Assembly: GCA_964406895.1 (NCBI GenBank)
Contig: CAYOTK010000004.1
Coordinates: 26,016 to 90,015 of the forward strand
DNA: 64,000 bases
Direction of reading: 5' to 3'
Source: an uncultured Candidatus Saccharibacteria bacterium
Lineage (GTDB): Bacteria; Patescibacteriota; Minisyncoccia; Phycocordibacterales; PALSA-1337
In this document: positions 45,748-56,096 of the stretch, in pieces
Layout of the letters: every line of letters starts with the position of its first letter
How positions within the stretch are numbered: position 1 is the first letter of the stretch
Notes under the pieces: model-generated
Told to the model about the DNA's origin: nothing
Databases searched by the model: none
What the model saw: the letters and a program-made list of their open reading frames with translations, nothing else
Program-made: the position numbers and the translations under genes

Positions 45748-47094
45748 ATGAACGATTATTCAAAAATTTGGCAATCAGCTTTGGTCGAAATAGAGACCAG
45801 CGTATCACAAGCCAACTTTTCTACATGGTTCAAAGACACAAGGATAGTAAAAGAGTCTGACGGAACGGTTTATCTGGGTGTACCAAACTCTTTCACACAA
45901 GAATGGCTATTCAAAAAGTTCCACAACTCCATTTTGAGAATATTAAGACAAATGAATGAGCAGGTGAGGGCACTGGAATACATTGTAGAGTCAGAAAATA
46001 GCCGTTCTAAGGATGATTCACGCAGAAAAGGCTCTGTTGCCCCAACAATGTCCATGCCTTTGCAGGATTTCTATATAAACAAAGAAGACAATCTCAATCC
46101 GCGTTACACATTCGAGAATTTTGTAGTCGGCCCTTTCAACGAAATAGCTCATGCCGCATCAAAAACCATAGTCAAAACCCCCGGACAAACATACAACCCG
46201 CTGTTTATATATGGTGACCCAGGAAGAGGAAAGACCCATCTCATACAAGCAGTCGGCAATCAGATCAAAAAAGACCATCCCAACAAAAAAGTCTATTATT
46301 TAACATCAGAATCTTTCTGTTCAGAGTTTTTAAGCGCACTCCAAGAAAGTCGCGCTCAAGTATTCAAGGAAAAATATCGTAAATATGACGTTGTTATCAT
46401 GGATGACGTTCAGTTCTTCTCAAACAAAGAGAAATTCCAGGAAGAACTTTTCCATCTTTTCAACACATTCAAGGATACGGGCAGACAATTGGTATTTTCT
46501 TCAGATAGAAATCCGAATATTATTCCTGGGCTGGAAGATCGTATAAGAAGCCGTTTTAGTGCAGGAATGATCGTAGATATACCAGAACCAGACAAAGAGT
46601 CTCGTGCAGAAATAGTGAAGATCAAATGCGCTGTTCACAACATAAGCTTACAAGACGAAATCATAGAGCTTTTGACCAATTCAGTTGAAGGCAACATAAG
46701 AGAAATAGAGGGTATAGTCAATATAATAGCCTGCCAAATACAAGTCAAAAACAGACCATTATCACTCAACGAAGTTAAAAACATACTCAAAAACAATTCC
46801 CGACCGAAGAAAAACCTTTCTGTGAAGGACGTTGTTAAGATAGTTTCTGATTTCTACAACATTAGCGAGGAAAGCATATATAACAAGACTCGTCGAAAAG
46901 AAGTTGTGAGGCCGAGACAAGTCGTTATGTACCTTTTGAGAGAGGATTTCAACGTGTCTTTTCCTTCAATTGGAGAAAAGATGGGTGGAAGAGATCATAC
47001 TACAGCCATTCACTCTTATGAGAAGGTAAAAGAAGAGTTGAAAACCGATCAGCTTTTGTTGCAGGAAATAGGTCAGATCCGTTCGATGTTGTAA
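45748..47094 (+). CDS. dnaA: Chromosomal replication initiator protein DnaA
   Basis: Start at MNDYSKIWQSAL. Walker A GDPGRGKTHL, Walker B VVIMDDVQF, and DnaA box-binding domain IV (RPRQVVMYLLRE...HTTAIHSYEK). Confidence 0.9.
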   Translation: MNDYSKIWQSALVEIETSVSQANFSTWFKDTRIVKESDGTVYLGVPNSFTQEWLFKKFHNSILRILRQMNEQVRALEYIVESENSRSKDDSRRKGSVAPTMSMPLQDFYINKEDNLNPRYTFENFVVGPFNEIAHAASKTIVKTPGQTYNPLFIYGDPGRGKTHLIQAVGNQIKKDHPNKKVYYLTSESFCSEFLSALQESRAQVFKEKYRKYDVVIMDDVQFFSNKEKFQEELFHLFNTFKDTGRQLVFSSDRNPNIIPGLEDRIRSRFSAGMIVDIPEPDKESRAEIVKIKCAVHNISLQDEIIELLTNSVEGNIREIEGIVNIIACQIQVKNRPLSLNEVKNILKNNSRPKKNLSVKDVVKIVSDFYNISEESIYNKTRRKEVVRPRQVVMYLLREDFNVSFPSIGEKMGGRDHTTAIHSYEKVKEELKTDQLLLQEIGQIRSML

Positions 47095-47320
47095 TGTGAA
47101 TAAGTTGTGATTAGTAAGTTAATAAAAACGTAATAAGTTGTTAATCAAGTATGAAGAGGTGTGAGGTGAGAGAGTTATTCAAACAATATTATTGAGAAAT
47201 CAACAGTTTATCCAATATTATCCAAGAAAAATACGGCTCAAAATATAAATAAAAAAAGTTAACCACATATCAACAGCCCTAATAATAACAATAAATTTTT
47301 AAAAAATAATTAATACTATT
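47095..47320. promoter_or_regulatory. dnaA-dnaN intergenic region with DnaA-box-like repeats and AT-rich stretch (DUE candidate)
   Basis: Tandem TTATCCAAT (47208-47216) and TTATCCAAG (47218-47226), followed by ~90 nt that is more than 85% AT. Confidence 0.4.
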
Positions 47321-48427
47321 ATGAACATAGAAGTCAGCGCCGAAAAATTCAAAGAAGCTATCCATTTGATCGAGAGAATTGCTGGTAAGCATCCAACACT
47401 TCCTGTTCTATCTTGTATTTTGATAGAAAGCACAAAAAACGCAGTTATTTTGAGAGCTACCAATCTTGATGTCGGAATGGAAATTTCAATACCAGCCAAA
47501 ACTGATTCAGAAACACGTATTGCGGTCCCTGCAAATATCCTATCTTCATTTATTGGCCAAATATCAGAACAAAACCAGACTATCAAGCTATCCGAAAGTT
47601 CAGGAAATGTAACAATTTCATCTCAAAAAACAAAAAGCATACTCAAAACACTTCCAAATGAAGATTTTCCGAGTGTTCCAAGAGTAAGCCAAGGAGAAAA
47701 GCTCGTTATAAATTCAGGTCTTGTATCAAAAGGCTTAAGTTCTGTTAGTTATAGTTCATCTATTTCGAGTGTTAAACCCGAATTATCAAGCGTTTATGTA
47801 TATTCTGAGTCAAATCAACTAGTTTTTGCGGCAACAGATTCATTTAGGCTTGCGGAGAAAAGAATCAGACTAACAAATCAAATTTCAAAATGTGATATTT
47901 TGATACCGTTCAAAAATACACCAGATATTATTCGTTTCCTAGAATATGTGAACAAAGACGTTGATATCAAATACAACAAAAACTTGATTTCGTTTGAAAC
48001 TAACGACGTTTATTTGGTTTCCAGAGTTATTGATGGTGTTTTCCCTGACTATAAACAGATAATTCCGAAATCTTTTGCTTCTGAAGCGGTGGTATTGAAA
48101 CAAGATTTTTGGAATGCAATAAAAATATCCAACATATTCTCTGATAAATTCAATCAAATTCATTTTTACATTGACCCCGCCAAGAAATTATTCGAAATCC
48201 AAACGAAAAATAGCGACATAGGTGAGAATAAAACCTCGATAGACGCCGCTCTTACAGGGGAGAGTGTAGAGATCAATTTCAATTACAAATACATATCAGA
48301 TTGTTTCCAGTCAATTGATTCAGATAGTTTGTCTTTACAACTTTCAGGTACAAATAAACCCATGGTTATAAGACCAATTGCGGGAGATCAGAATTTCATG
48401 TATCTAGTAATGCCTATGAATAGATAA
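47321..48427 (+). CDS. dnaN: DNA polymerase III beta subunit (sliding clamp)
   Basis: 368 aa with a three-domain beta-clamp pattern, directly downstream of dnaA. Confidence 0.85.
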   Translation: MNIEVSAEKFKEAIHLIERIAGKHPTLPVLSCILIESTKNAVILRATNLDVGMEISIPAKTDSETRIAVPANILSSFIGQISEQNQTIKLSESSGNVTISSQKTKSILKTLPNEDFPSVPRVSQGEKLVINSGLVSKGLSSVSYSSSISSVKPELSSVYVYSESNQLVFAATDSFRLAEKRIRLTNQISKCDILIPFKNTPDIIRFLEYVNKDVDIKYNKNLISFETNDVYLVSRVIDGVFPDYKQIIPKSFASEAVVLKQDFWNAIKISNIFSDKFNQIHFYIDPAKKLFEIQTKNSDIGENKTSIDAALTGESVEINFNYKYISDCFQSIDSDSLSLQLSGTNKPMVIRPIAGDQNFMYLVMPMNR

Positions 48428-48428
48428 T

Positions 48429-48686
48429 ATGTTCAATATCGGTCAATACATATCGAAACTGAACAATAAGAGGCTCAATCATATAACGAAAATCAACAAC
48501 ATCTCTGTTGTTATAAACAAAATAAGTGGTTTGAATGTTGGTGTGAATGACATTAAGATTCGAAATGGTGTTTTGTATATAGACAAAGTAAACAGCGTTG
48601 GAAGAAATGAAATTTTTATCAAAAAAAGTCTTCTTATAAAAGAAATTAATAATATTTGCGGAGAAAGTATCTCCGATATTAGATAA
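48429..48686 (+). CDS. Hypothetical small protein (possibly DUF721-like)
   Basis: 85 aa, 1 nt after dnaN. Pattern V..NG.L.I...NS....E.......L...IN. Confidence 0.3.
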   Translation: MFNIGQYISKLNNKRLNHITKINNISVVINKISGLNVGVNDIKIRNGVLYIDKVNSVGRNEIFIKKSLLIKEINNICGESISDIR

Positions 48687-51233
48687 TTACTGACTTTTGA
48701 AATTAATCGACGCCAGGCCTTTGTTATACGCTTGGTCGTAGACTGTGATGGACAAAGTGTTTTCTGTGTCTAGATCGGTCAAATCTGAAGGAATAAAGGA
48801 TATATTCAACGGGTCAGTGGTTGAAGTTAATATGTATTTATTATTTATATAAACTTCTGTTTTGATAATACTTCTACCATCCGCAATTTTTATCTGTAGA
48901 TTCAAAAGTTTTTGAGGATCAATAACTGTTCCGGAAACAGGGGAAAATATACTAACAACAGGACCTTTCCCCGCGAGGTGAACATCGTCTGTTTGGGTCG
49001 GTATTGTGAAAGATGTAGCTTCTTTGAATTCAGGATGTAATTTTTGCCAATTGTCGAACCATTGTCTAACGCCATACTCCCAATATTCATATTGTGAATC
49101 ATTTTTTGGATCTGCTGGCGCTGGACCACGAGGATCGTCTTTGTTTAACCATTGTAATATCGTATGAACACCATTTGATATTACGTCCTTCTGGGTTTCG
49201 ATCGGTGTTAGATCCGTTGCAACCTTTCCGGAAATTTTGTCGACTCGATAATACTGTCCACCAGACCAAACACCTCTAAGCACAGGTTTGCCGTCTAATA
49301 GTGGTTCTGGTGGGCTTTTGAAATTCTCAACAGGCAAAGATTTCACCGCTTGAGACATGAAGGCGCCCCAAAGAGGAGATATTATTAGTCCGGCGACATT
49401 GTGTTGCATGGGAACATTGTCACTATTTCCCGCCCAAGCCCCTACTACCAGGTTAGGTGTATATCCTATTGTCCAAACGTCACGGTAGTCATTTGTAGTA
49501 CCTGTTTTTATCGCTACTTGTCTTCCGACTCCATCCGCTATTGGTTTCAAGCTGTTCATTCTGACGGAGTTATCAGATAGTATGCTTGATATTTGTCTTG
49601 CTATTTCTGGTTGCAAGGCTTGGAAAGGAGAAACGGTTGCTTCCTCAATAACATTTCCCTTAGTGTCTTCTATTCTTAAGACTTCTCTTACAGGATTCCT
49701 CACGCCATCATTTGCGAAAACTCCATATGCGCTGGTTATATCGAGAAGTCGGACTTCACCACCACCTAGCACTAGTGTAAGGCCGTATCGATTTGGATCA
49801 GTTAAGGTTGTTATACCCATATCTCTTGCTGTGTTGATCGCATTTGCTATGCCGGCCAAGTAAAGTGTTTTGACTGCTGGTATGTTTCTCGATTGGGCAA
49901 GAGCTTTCCTCATAGGCATTGGGCCATCGAATATTTCATCATATTCATTTGGTGAATAACAAACTTTGGTGGGATCGTCGTTTGGATTCTTAGGTTTTCC
50001 TTCCACCGTACATTTGGTCGAGAATTCCGTTCTGACATCGAAAAGCATTGTTTCTGGCGTATAACCTTTCTTGAAAGCTGTTGCATATACGAATGGTTTG
50101 AATGTTGAGCCTGGTTGTCTCAAGGCAAGAGCCACATTGTAATTTCCAGCTATTGATGCGTCGAAATAATCTTTTGAACCAACCATTGCTAATATGTCTC
50201 CAGTTTTTGGATCTATAGCTACCATGGCCGTGTTGCTAGCGTTGAAGTTTGATGCGAGGGTGGGGGAGAATTTCTTGATTACCGACTCTGCTTTTTGTTG
50301 CATATCATAATCTAGCGTCGTTATTACTCTCAATCCTCCTGACGACACTCTCTCCTCGCCATATTTTTGTGTTAAATAGTCTTTGACCATCATGACGAAA
50401 TGTGGAGCCCTGATGCTGCCGTCATTTTTTGCAAGAAACTGTACTTTTTCCGCTGAGGCTTTCTTGAATTCGGCATCAGTTATGAAGCCCACAGATTTCA
50501 TTCTTTGTAATACAAGTTTTTGTCTGGCATCAAGTTCTGCCTTATGTGTACCGTAGGGCGAGAATCTTGACGGTGCTTGTGGTATTGCAGCCAAATATGC
50601 TGCTTCCGCCAATGTCACGTCCATCGATGTTTTCCCGAAGAATGACCTGCTGGCTTCTTCGACTCCATATATCGTGCCACCATACGATGTTTCATTCAGG
50701 TATGTTTCTAAGATTTTATTCTTAGGCATGATTTTTGTGAGTTTGATAGCCAAAACCCATTCTTTGATCTTTCTTGTTATGGTTTTGTCTTGAGTTAGAA
50801 GAGTGTTCTTAACGACCTGTTGGGTTATGGTTGATGCTCCTTGTCCATATCCGCCCGAAACAAGGTTCGCAATCACAGCCCTTATGATAGATGTCGGTTC
50901 TATACCAATGTTGTTATAGAAATTGGCATCCTCAATAGCTACTGTGGCTTTTTGTATATATGTTGAAACGTCGTCTATAGAAACATCGGTTCTTCGGACA
51001 TTGACACCAGAATCATAAAGCAGGATTTTCCCGGTCTTGTCATAGAATTTTGTGGACTCGATTATTTGCCTAGAATTGAACGAGGCCAGATCTGGCATTC
51101 TGAGCGTGGCTACCCACAAAGAAGCTGCTCCTGCCAGAATAAGGACGGCTGAAATGAACAGCAGAACTAACGATCTCAAGTGGTGGGTCGCCTTGCGACG
51201 CCTGTGTTTCATATGAGGGATATTATACAACAA
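48687..51233 (-). CDS. Bifunctional penicillin-binding protein 1A (transglycosylase/transpeptidase)
   Basis: GT51 motifs (EDANFYNNIGIE, GASTITQQ, RKIKE). Transpeptidase motifs SxxK (GSTFKP), SxN and KTG (KTGTTND). C-terminal extension. 848 aa. Confidence 0.85.
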   Translation of the reverse strand: MLYNIPHMKHRRRKATHHLRSLVLLFISAVLILAGAASLWVATLRMPDLASFNSRQIIESTKFYDKTGKILLYDSGVNVRRTDVSIDDVSTYIQKATVAIEDANFYNNIGIEPTSIIRAVIANLVSGGYGQGASTITQQVVKNTLLTQDKTITRKIKEWVLAIKLTKIMPKNKILETYLNETSYGGTIYGVEEASRSFFGKTSMDVTLAEAAYLAAIPQAPSRFSPYGTHKAELDARQKLVLQRMKSVGFITDAEFKKASAEKVQFLAKNDGSIRAPHFVMMVKDYLTQKYGEERVSSGGLRVITTLDYDMQQKAESVIKKFSPTLASNFNASNTAMVAIDPKTGDILAMVGSKDYFDASIAGNYNVALALRQPGSTFKPFVYATAFKKGYTPETMLFDVRTEFSTKCTVEGKPKNPNDDPTKVCYSPNEYDEIFDGPMPMRKALAQSRNIPAVKTLYLAGIANAINTARDMGITTLTDPNRYGLTLVLGGGEVRLLDITSAYGVFANDGVRNPVREVLRIEDTKGNVIEEATVSPFQALQPEIARQISSILSDNSVRMNSLKPIADGVGRQVAIKTGTTNDYRDVWTIGYTPNLVVGAWAGNSDNVPMQHNVAGLIISPLWGAFMSQAVKSLPVENFKSPPEPLLDGKPVLRGVWSGGQYYRVDKISGKVATDLTPIETQKDVISNGVHTILQWLNKDDPRGPAPADPKNDSQYEYWEYGVRQWFDNWQKLHPEFKEATSFTIPTQTDDVHLAGKGPVVSIFSPVSGTVIDPQKLLNLQIKIADGRSIIKTEVYINNKYILTSTTDPLNISFIPSDLTDLDTENTLSITVYDQAYNKGLASINFKSQ

Positions 51234-51252
51234 TAGTTGTTTGAGAAGAAAT

Positions 51253-51531
51253 CTATTGCTCCCATTTATCGCCGAAAGGATCTATTTCTTCATCGTCTGG
51301 ACTGAATGAATCGTCTTCTTCTTCAGGCAACAGAATATCACCGTCAGTTTTTTCATCTACTTCTGTAACGGTATCCACCTCATCAATTTCGATTGCTGTT
51401 ATGATTTTCTTTGGTTCAATCTCTGTTTCTTCAGATTCTTCTACGGGTGTTGCGACTTTTTTGATTTCTTTTTTGTCCGACTTCTCGGCTTTTATTGTTT
51501 TTTTGCTTTTGGATTTTTTTTGCTTTTTCAT
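51253..51531 (-). CDS. Hypothetical acidic protein
   Basis: 92-aa ORF with a Lys-rich N-terminus and an Asp/Glu-rich remainder. Confidence 0.35.
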   Translation of the reverse strand: MKKQKKSKSKKTIKAEKSDKKEIKKVATPVEESEETEIEPKKIITAIEIDEVDTVTEVDEKTDGDILLPEEEDDSFSPDDEEIDPFGDKWEQ

Positions 51532-51583
51532 AAATAATGTCTCCAGACTATTAATATTTATATGACATTATTATCAGACCGTA

Positions 51584-52111
51584 TTATTTTTTGCAATAAA
51601 GCCTTCCTGTGGATAATCTTGTGAGAGCAACAGCGATGGCGTCGTATTCATCGTCGAGAGCTTTTTTGTTTTTGATTTCTATCAATAGTTCTAGCATTTT
51701 TTTGATTCTTGCCTTATCGCTCGAACCGTCTCCCGTGATTGCCATTTTGATTTCCATTGGGCTGAATTCATATATGTCCATATTGTTTTTCATGGCTTCA
51801 TTTATGATTATTCCGCGCACCTCAGAAACGCGCATGGCAGTTTTTTGGTTTTTTGTAATAAACAAAGTTTCTATTGCCAGCGAATCGGGCTCATATTCTT
51901 TTATTATTTTTGTGACGAACTTACTTATCTCAAACATTCTTGTATATATGTTTGATTTCGATGATGTTTGTAAACAGTGTGAATACAGCAATTCTTCTTT
52001 GTTGTTAGGGTCTTTCTTGATAATACAAATACCCAAACGATCATAGCCTGGATCTATGCCGAGAACCACCTCGCTTGCTTTCACTGTTTTGATCAAATTA
52101 TTATTCCGCAT
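51584..52111 (-). CDS. ruvC: Crossover junction endodeoxyribonuclease RuvC
   Basis: VVLGIDPGYDRLGICII (first catalytic Asp), and later motifs (AIETLF, DAIAVAL). Start taken at MRNNNL to avoid overlapping yebC. Confidence 0.75.
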   Translation of the reverse strand: MRNNNLIKTVKASEVVLGIDPGYDRLGICIIKKDPNNKEELLYSHCLQTSSKSNIYTRMFEISKFVTKIIKEYEPDSLAIETLFITKNQKTAMRVSEVRGIIINEAMKNNMDIYEFSPMEIKMAITGDGSSDKARIKKMLELLIEIKNKKALDDEYDAIAVALTRLSTGRLYCKK

Positions 52112-52631
52112 TAGTGAAAACTTCTTGGACATCATCATTGTTCTCCAAGTCTTCAACTAATTTACCCAATAATTCAATATCCGAATCTTCAAGGGGCATT
52201 GTCGATGTTGCGGTCCAAATATTATCTTGCTTTTGGAATGCCCACGACGCACTCCCTGGAGAGGCGAGAGCAATGCCGTGTTGAGACAGTATGTGTTTGA
52301 TCTCTTGGGAAGACTTGTTTCGATTGTCTGTAAGAGCTTCTATGAGCATTGCTACTCCTCCTGGACCGTAGGCTTCGTATATTATTGTTTCCATCTCAGC
52401 GCTGTTATCAGTCATGGCCTTCTTCACAGCCCTGTCGATAGTATCGTTCGGCATGTTTTCTTTCTTCGCCTTCTCTATGGCTGTTGCAAGTCCTGGGGAT
52501 GAAAGATTGCCCTTGGCTTTTTTGGCCTCAACGGTTATTAGTCTGACTAATTTGCCAAAAGCTTTGCTTTTTTGAGCGTCATTTTTGGCTTTTAAATGTT
52601 TTATTTTGGAAAATTTATTATGTCCAGACAT
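52101..52631 (-). CDS. yebC: YebC/PmpR family DNA-binding regulator (short)
   Basis: MSGHNKFSKIKHLKAKNDAQKSKAFGKLVRLITVEAKKAKGNLSSPGLATAIEKAKKENMPNDTIDRAVKKAM is the YebC N-terminal signature. 176 aa is shorter than typical. Confidence 0.7.
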   Translation of the reverse strand: MSGHNKFSKIKHLKAKNDAQKSKAFGKLVRLITVEAKKAKGNLSSPGLATAIEKAKKENMPNDTIDRAVKKAMTDNSAEMETIIYEAYGPGGVAMLIEALTDNRNKSSQEIKHILSQHGIALASPGSASWAFQKQDNIWTATSTMPLEDSDIELLGKLVEDLENNDDVQEVFTNAE

Positions 52632-52656
52632 TTTGTTTATTATTATTGGTAATTAT

Positions 52657-53670
52657 TTACAAACTGAGTTTGTGTGGGCCTTTTTCACCCAAATGTGTAT
52701 AGGCTTTATCAGTAGCTATCCTACCTCGCGGGGTGCGCTCGAGCAAGCCGAGTTGTATGAGATATGGTTCATAGACTTCTTCGATCGTGGCTTGTTCTTC
52801 GGATAATGCGGCCGCAATAGTGTTGAGTCCCACTGGCCCGCCGTTAAATTTGTTGATTATGCTCCGCAGAATCTCTCTGTCTGCGTGATTGAGACCCAAG
52901 CGATCAACACCCAACATTGCCAGAGCTTTTTCTACAACTTCTTTTGTTAGATTTTTCTTTTCTATTTGGGCAAGATCTCTACATCTTTTCAAGTGATAAT
53001 TCGCTGTTCGTGGCGTGAATCTTGAACGAATAGCTATTTCTTTGATGGCGTCTTCTTCTATGCTCATGTCTAATATTTTCGAAGACCTTCTCACGATATC
53101 TGCTATTTCTTCATTGCTATAAAATTCGAGTTTGAATACTCCGCCCGAGAAACGTGAGCGCAACGGGGAAGATATCATTGCTATTCTCGTCGTGGCCGCA
53201 ATGAGAGTGAATGGTGGGAGGTCGAGTTGAATTGTTCTTGCAGAAGGTCCTTTGCCGATGATGATGTCTAGTTTGCCAGATTCCATAGCGGGGTAGAGGA
53301 CTTCTTCTATGGCTTTATTTAGTCTGTGTATTTCGTCTATGAACAATATATCTCCAGCCGAAAGATTGGTGACAATAGATGCCAGATCTCCAACCTTGAG
53401 AATTGCTGGGCCGGATGTGATCTTCATCTGTGCGCCAGTTTCTTTTGCTATAAGATGAGCTAGGGTTGTCTTGCCCAATCCTGGAGGACCGTAAAAAAGC
53501 ATGTGTTCAGGCGGGTGATTGCGTTCTTTTGCTGCCGTTAGAAGTATGTGAAGATTGTCTTTTATGTTTTTTTGACCAATGTATTCATGCCATCTTGATG
53601 GTCTCAGTGTTTGGTCTAGAAAACCCGTATCTTTGTCTCCAGTATTTGTATTGTTTTTCTTGCTTGACAT
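52657..53670 (-). CDS. ruvB: Holliday junction branch migration ATPase RuvB
   Basis: LRPSRWHEYIGQ, Walker A FYGPPGLGKTTLA, Walker B ILFIDEIHRL. Confidence 0.9.
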   Translation of the reverse strand: MSSKKNNTNTGDKDTGFLDQTLRPSRWHEYIGQKNIKDNLHILLTAAKERNHPPEHMLFYGPPGLGKTTLAHLIAKETGAQMKITSGPAILKVGDLASIVTNLSAGDILFIDEIHRLNKAIEEVLYPAMESGKLDIIIGKGPSARTIQLDLPPFTLIAATTRIAMISSPLRSRFSGGVFKLEFYSNEEIADIVRRSSKILDMSIEEDAIKEIAIRSRFTPRTANYHLKRCRDLAQIEKKNLTKEVVEKALAMLGVDRLGLNHADREILRSIINKFNGGPVGLNTIAAALSEEQATIEEVYEPYLIQLGLLERTPRGRIATDKAYTHLGEKGPHKLSL

Positions 53671-53999
53671 TTGAGTTTGAGTATGATAGTATACTTACGT
53701 AAAAGATTTTTATACAGTTCGTACCGGAAATGACAGAGAAATGCTGTTGTTTTATTTTTTCCTTGTAAATTGAGCTCGCAAACCTCTAAGCAATGGCCTT
53801 CCGAAGGTTTGGGTATAGTGCTAAGGACATTTTGGTTGAAAAGCTTGTCTTTTTTTTACTGAAATTATCCTCGGGACTTTACCTCGCTTAACGCATCACG
53901 CGATAAGATATTGCTTAGAGATTTACGCGCTTAATCTCTATTCACATACTACCTCTACGTCTATAGAAAAATCAATTGACACAGCTGTGGATTGCTGTT

Positions 54000-54320
54000 T
54001 TATCTCAACCCTACACCTGCATCATGTATTGTTTTTTGGAATGATTGCTGGGTTTTCGTGAGTTCTGTTGATTGGTCTCTTATTTTTTTCTCTGCAATAA
54101 CAACGTCGTTTTTCAATTGAGTGACTTTTCTCTCCGTGCCGACGAGGTTGGCTTTTTTTGTATCCAATTGTCTTTGTAGATTCGTTATGTCTTGTTTTGC
54201 AGACACTAAATTTGCTTCGGATTTTTGTAATTCGAGTTTTTTCGTCTGCAATTCACGACTTTCTTTTTCGATCTGTGTTCTAAGGGCGTTGACGAGCTGT
54301 GATAGATTCTGGTTTTGCAT
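54000..54320 (-). CDS. Hypothetical coiled-coil protein
   Basis: 106 aa, entirely heptad-like. Upstream of pilB on the same strand. Confidence 0.35.
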   Translation of the reverse strand: MQNQNLSQLVNALRTQIEKESRELQTKKLELQKSEANLVSAKQDITNLQRQLDTKKANLVGTERKVTQLKNDVVIAEKKIRDQSTELTKTQQSFQKTIHDAGVGLR

Positions 54321-54329
54321 GATTGTTTA

Positions 54330-56003
54330 TTAATCTTGTAAAGAAATGACTCTTTCTAACTCTTCCATAGAGGTCATTCCTTGAAGAATTTTCAATATAC
54401 CATCTTGTTTCATGGTTAGTATTCCTTGGCCTTTTGCTGCTTGCCAAATTTCTCTTTCGCTAGGGTTGAGCTCTACGGCATTTTCTATTTTGTCATCTGT
54501 AAGTATTGCTTCATATATACCTGTTCTGCCTTTGTATCCAATCTGGTTGCATTTGTCACAACCTACGGGAGTGTATATTTTTGTCGTATTTGCAGGAATG
54601 TAATTCTTGTCTTCTATCTCTGATAATGTTTGATCGATTTTGTTTTTTGTTTCTCCCTCGGCCAATACTTCTTTCTTGCAGAATTGACATAGTTTCCTAA
54701 CCAGTCTCTGTGCCATTGCTATTCGAAGTGCAGAAGTTATAACTTTTGAGTTTATTCCTAGATCAATAAGTCTTGGAAATGTGCCTGCCGCATCGTTCGT
54801 GTGTAGGGTAGAGAATACAAGGTGTCCTGTAAGAGCTGAGTTTATGGCTATACTTGCTGTTTCATTGTCTCGTATTTCACCTATCATGATAATGTCGGGA
54901 TCTTGTCTAACTGTTGCTCTCAATCCTTCTGCGAAGTTGTAGCCTTTCTCGTTTGTTTGTGTCTGTACGATTCCTGGAAGATGATATTCTATCGGGTCTT
55001 CTATTGTTACTATCTTGATTCCGGGGGTTTGAACTCTCTTTAGGAATGCGTATAGAGTGGTGGTTTTTCCTGATCCTGTTGGGCCTGTGGTCAGTATCAT
55101 GCCGTCAGGTCTGTCCATCTCTCTTTTCAATATATTAAGAAGTTTTTCGTTTATGCCCAAATCTTCCAATGGAACATTGATTGACTTTGGGTTAAGGATT
55201 CTCATAACGACTGATTCGTTGTACGCTCCAGGCAATATGGAAACACGAACCTCTACTTCTCCTGACGGTAGTCTTATGCTGAATCTACCATCCTGAGAAT
55301 CTTTCTTTATGTTTAATTTCATTCCTGAAATAAGCTTTATTCGTGAAAGAAGTAGGTTGTATGTTTCGGTGTCGAGTTTGGTTACTTCTGTTAATACTCC
55401 ATCCAATCTGTATCTGAGTTCGACATATGTTTCTTCCGGTTCCATATGAATATCAGAAGCGTCTATAGACAATGCTCCCGCTACTAATGTTTCTAGTATT
55501 CTAGATACTCTGTATGCTTTTTTTCCTGAAACCGAGGAATTCAGTATGTCGACTATTGCGGGTAGGTTTTTGGCTTGTTCTATGATTGTAGCCACTTCTT
55601 CATTTGATATTTCGAGAGATCCTGCTCGGCTTTCGTATGCAAAAGAAAGATCGTTATACATTTTCCATGCTTTCTCAAGGCTCTGTGTTGAGGCTATGTT
55701 GATTTCGATAATATAACCTTTCTCTTCGAGACCCTTCACCACCTCTAGTGTTTTTTCATCGTCTGGATTGCGTGCTGCTATTTTGAGTTTTTTGTCAGAA
55801 ATCGCATATGCTGCCATGAGTCTTTCTCTGGCTGTTTTCTCTTCTATAAGTCTCAGTGCGTCTGTGTTTATCGATATCGCTAGTAGGTTGACGTAATTCA
55901 CGCCGTATTTCGATGATAAAATTTGCACCAAGTCTTCTTCTTCGCGATGCAGAAGATCGTCTATTTTTCTTTTTTGCTTATCTTCGTCGAATTGAACTGT
56001 CAT
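54330..56003 (-). CDS. pilB: Type IV pilus / type II secretion assembly ATPase PilB/GspE
   Basis: Walker A TGPTGSGKTTTLYA, Asp box, Walker B MIGEIRD, His box, and tetracysteine CQFC...CDKC. N-terminal GspE_N-like domain. 557 aa. Confidence 0.85.
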   Translation of the reverse strand: MTVQFDEDKQKRKIDDLLHREEEDLVQILSSKYGVNYVNLLAISINTDALRLIEEKTARERLMAAYAISDKKLKIAARNPDDEKTLEVVKGLEEKGYIIEINIASTQSLEKAWKMYNDLSFAYESRAGSLEISNEEVATIIEQAKNLPAIVDILNSSVSGKKAYRVSRILETLVAGALSIDASDIHMEPEETYVELRYRLDGVLTEVTKLDTETYNLLLSRIKLISGMKLNIKKDSQDGRFSIRLPSGEVEVRVSILPGAYNESVVMRILNPKSINVPLEDLGINEKLLNILKREMDRPDGMILTTGPTGSGKTTTLYAFLKRVQTPGIKIVTIEDPIEYHLPGIVQTQTNEKGYNFAEGLRATVRQDPDIIMIGEIRDNETASIAINSALTGHLVFSTLHTNDAAGTFPRLIDLGINSKVITSALRIAMAQRLVRKLCQFCKKEVLAEGETKNKIDQTLSEIEDKNYIPANTTKIYTPVGCDKCNQIGYKGRTGIYEAILTDDKIENAVELNPSEREIWQAAKGQGILTMKQDGILKILQGMTSMEELERVISLQD

Positions 56004-56096
56004 ATGACTATGATTATAACAAGAAAGAATTGTCTGCGCATGTTGCTGTGTGATTTATCAAAAGCAGTCACACGCAATTTTGGACATGTTTTGATA

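Noticed and set aside
51608-51616. Perfect DnaA box TGTGGATAA inside the 3' end of ruvC
   Set aside because: A single isolated 9-mer inside a coding region. Roughly half a chance occurrence is expected in 64 kb on two strands. There is no clustering.
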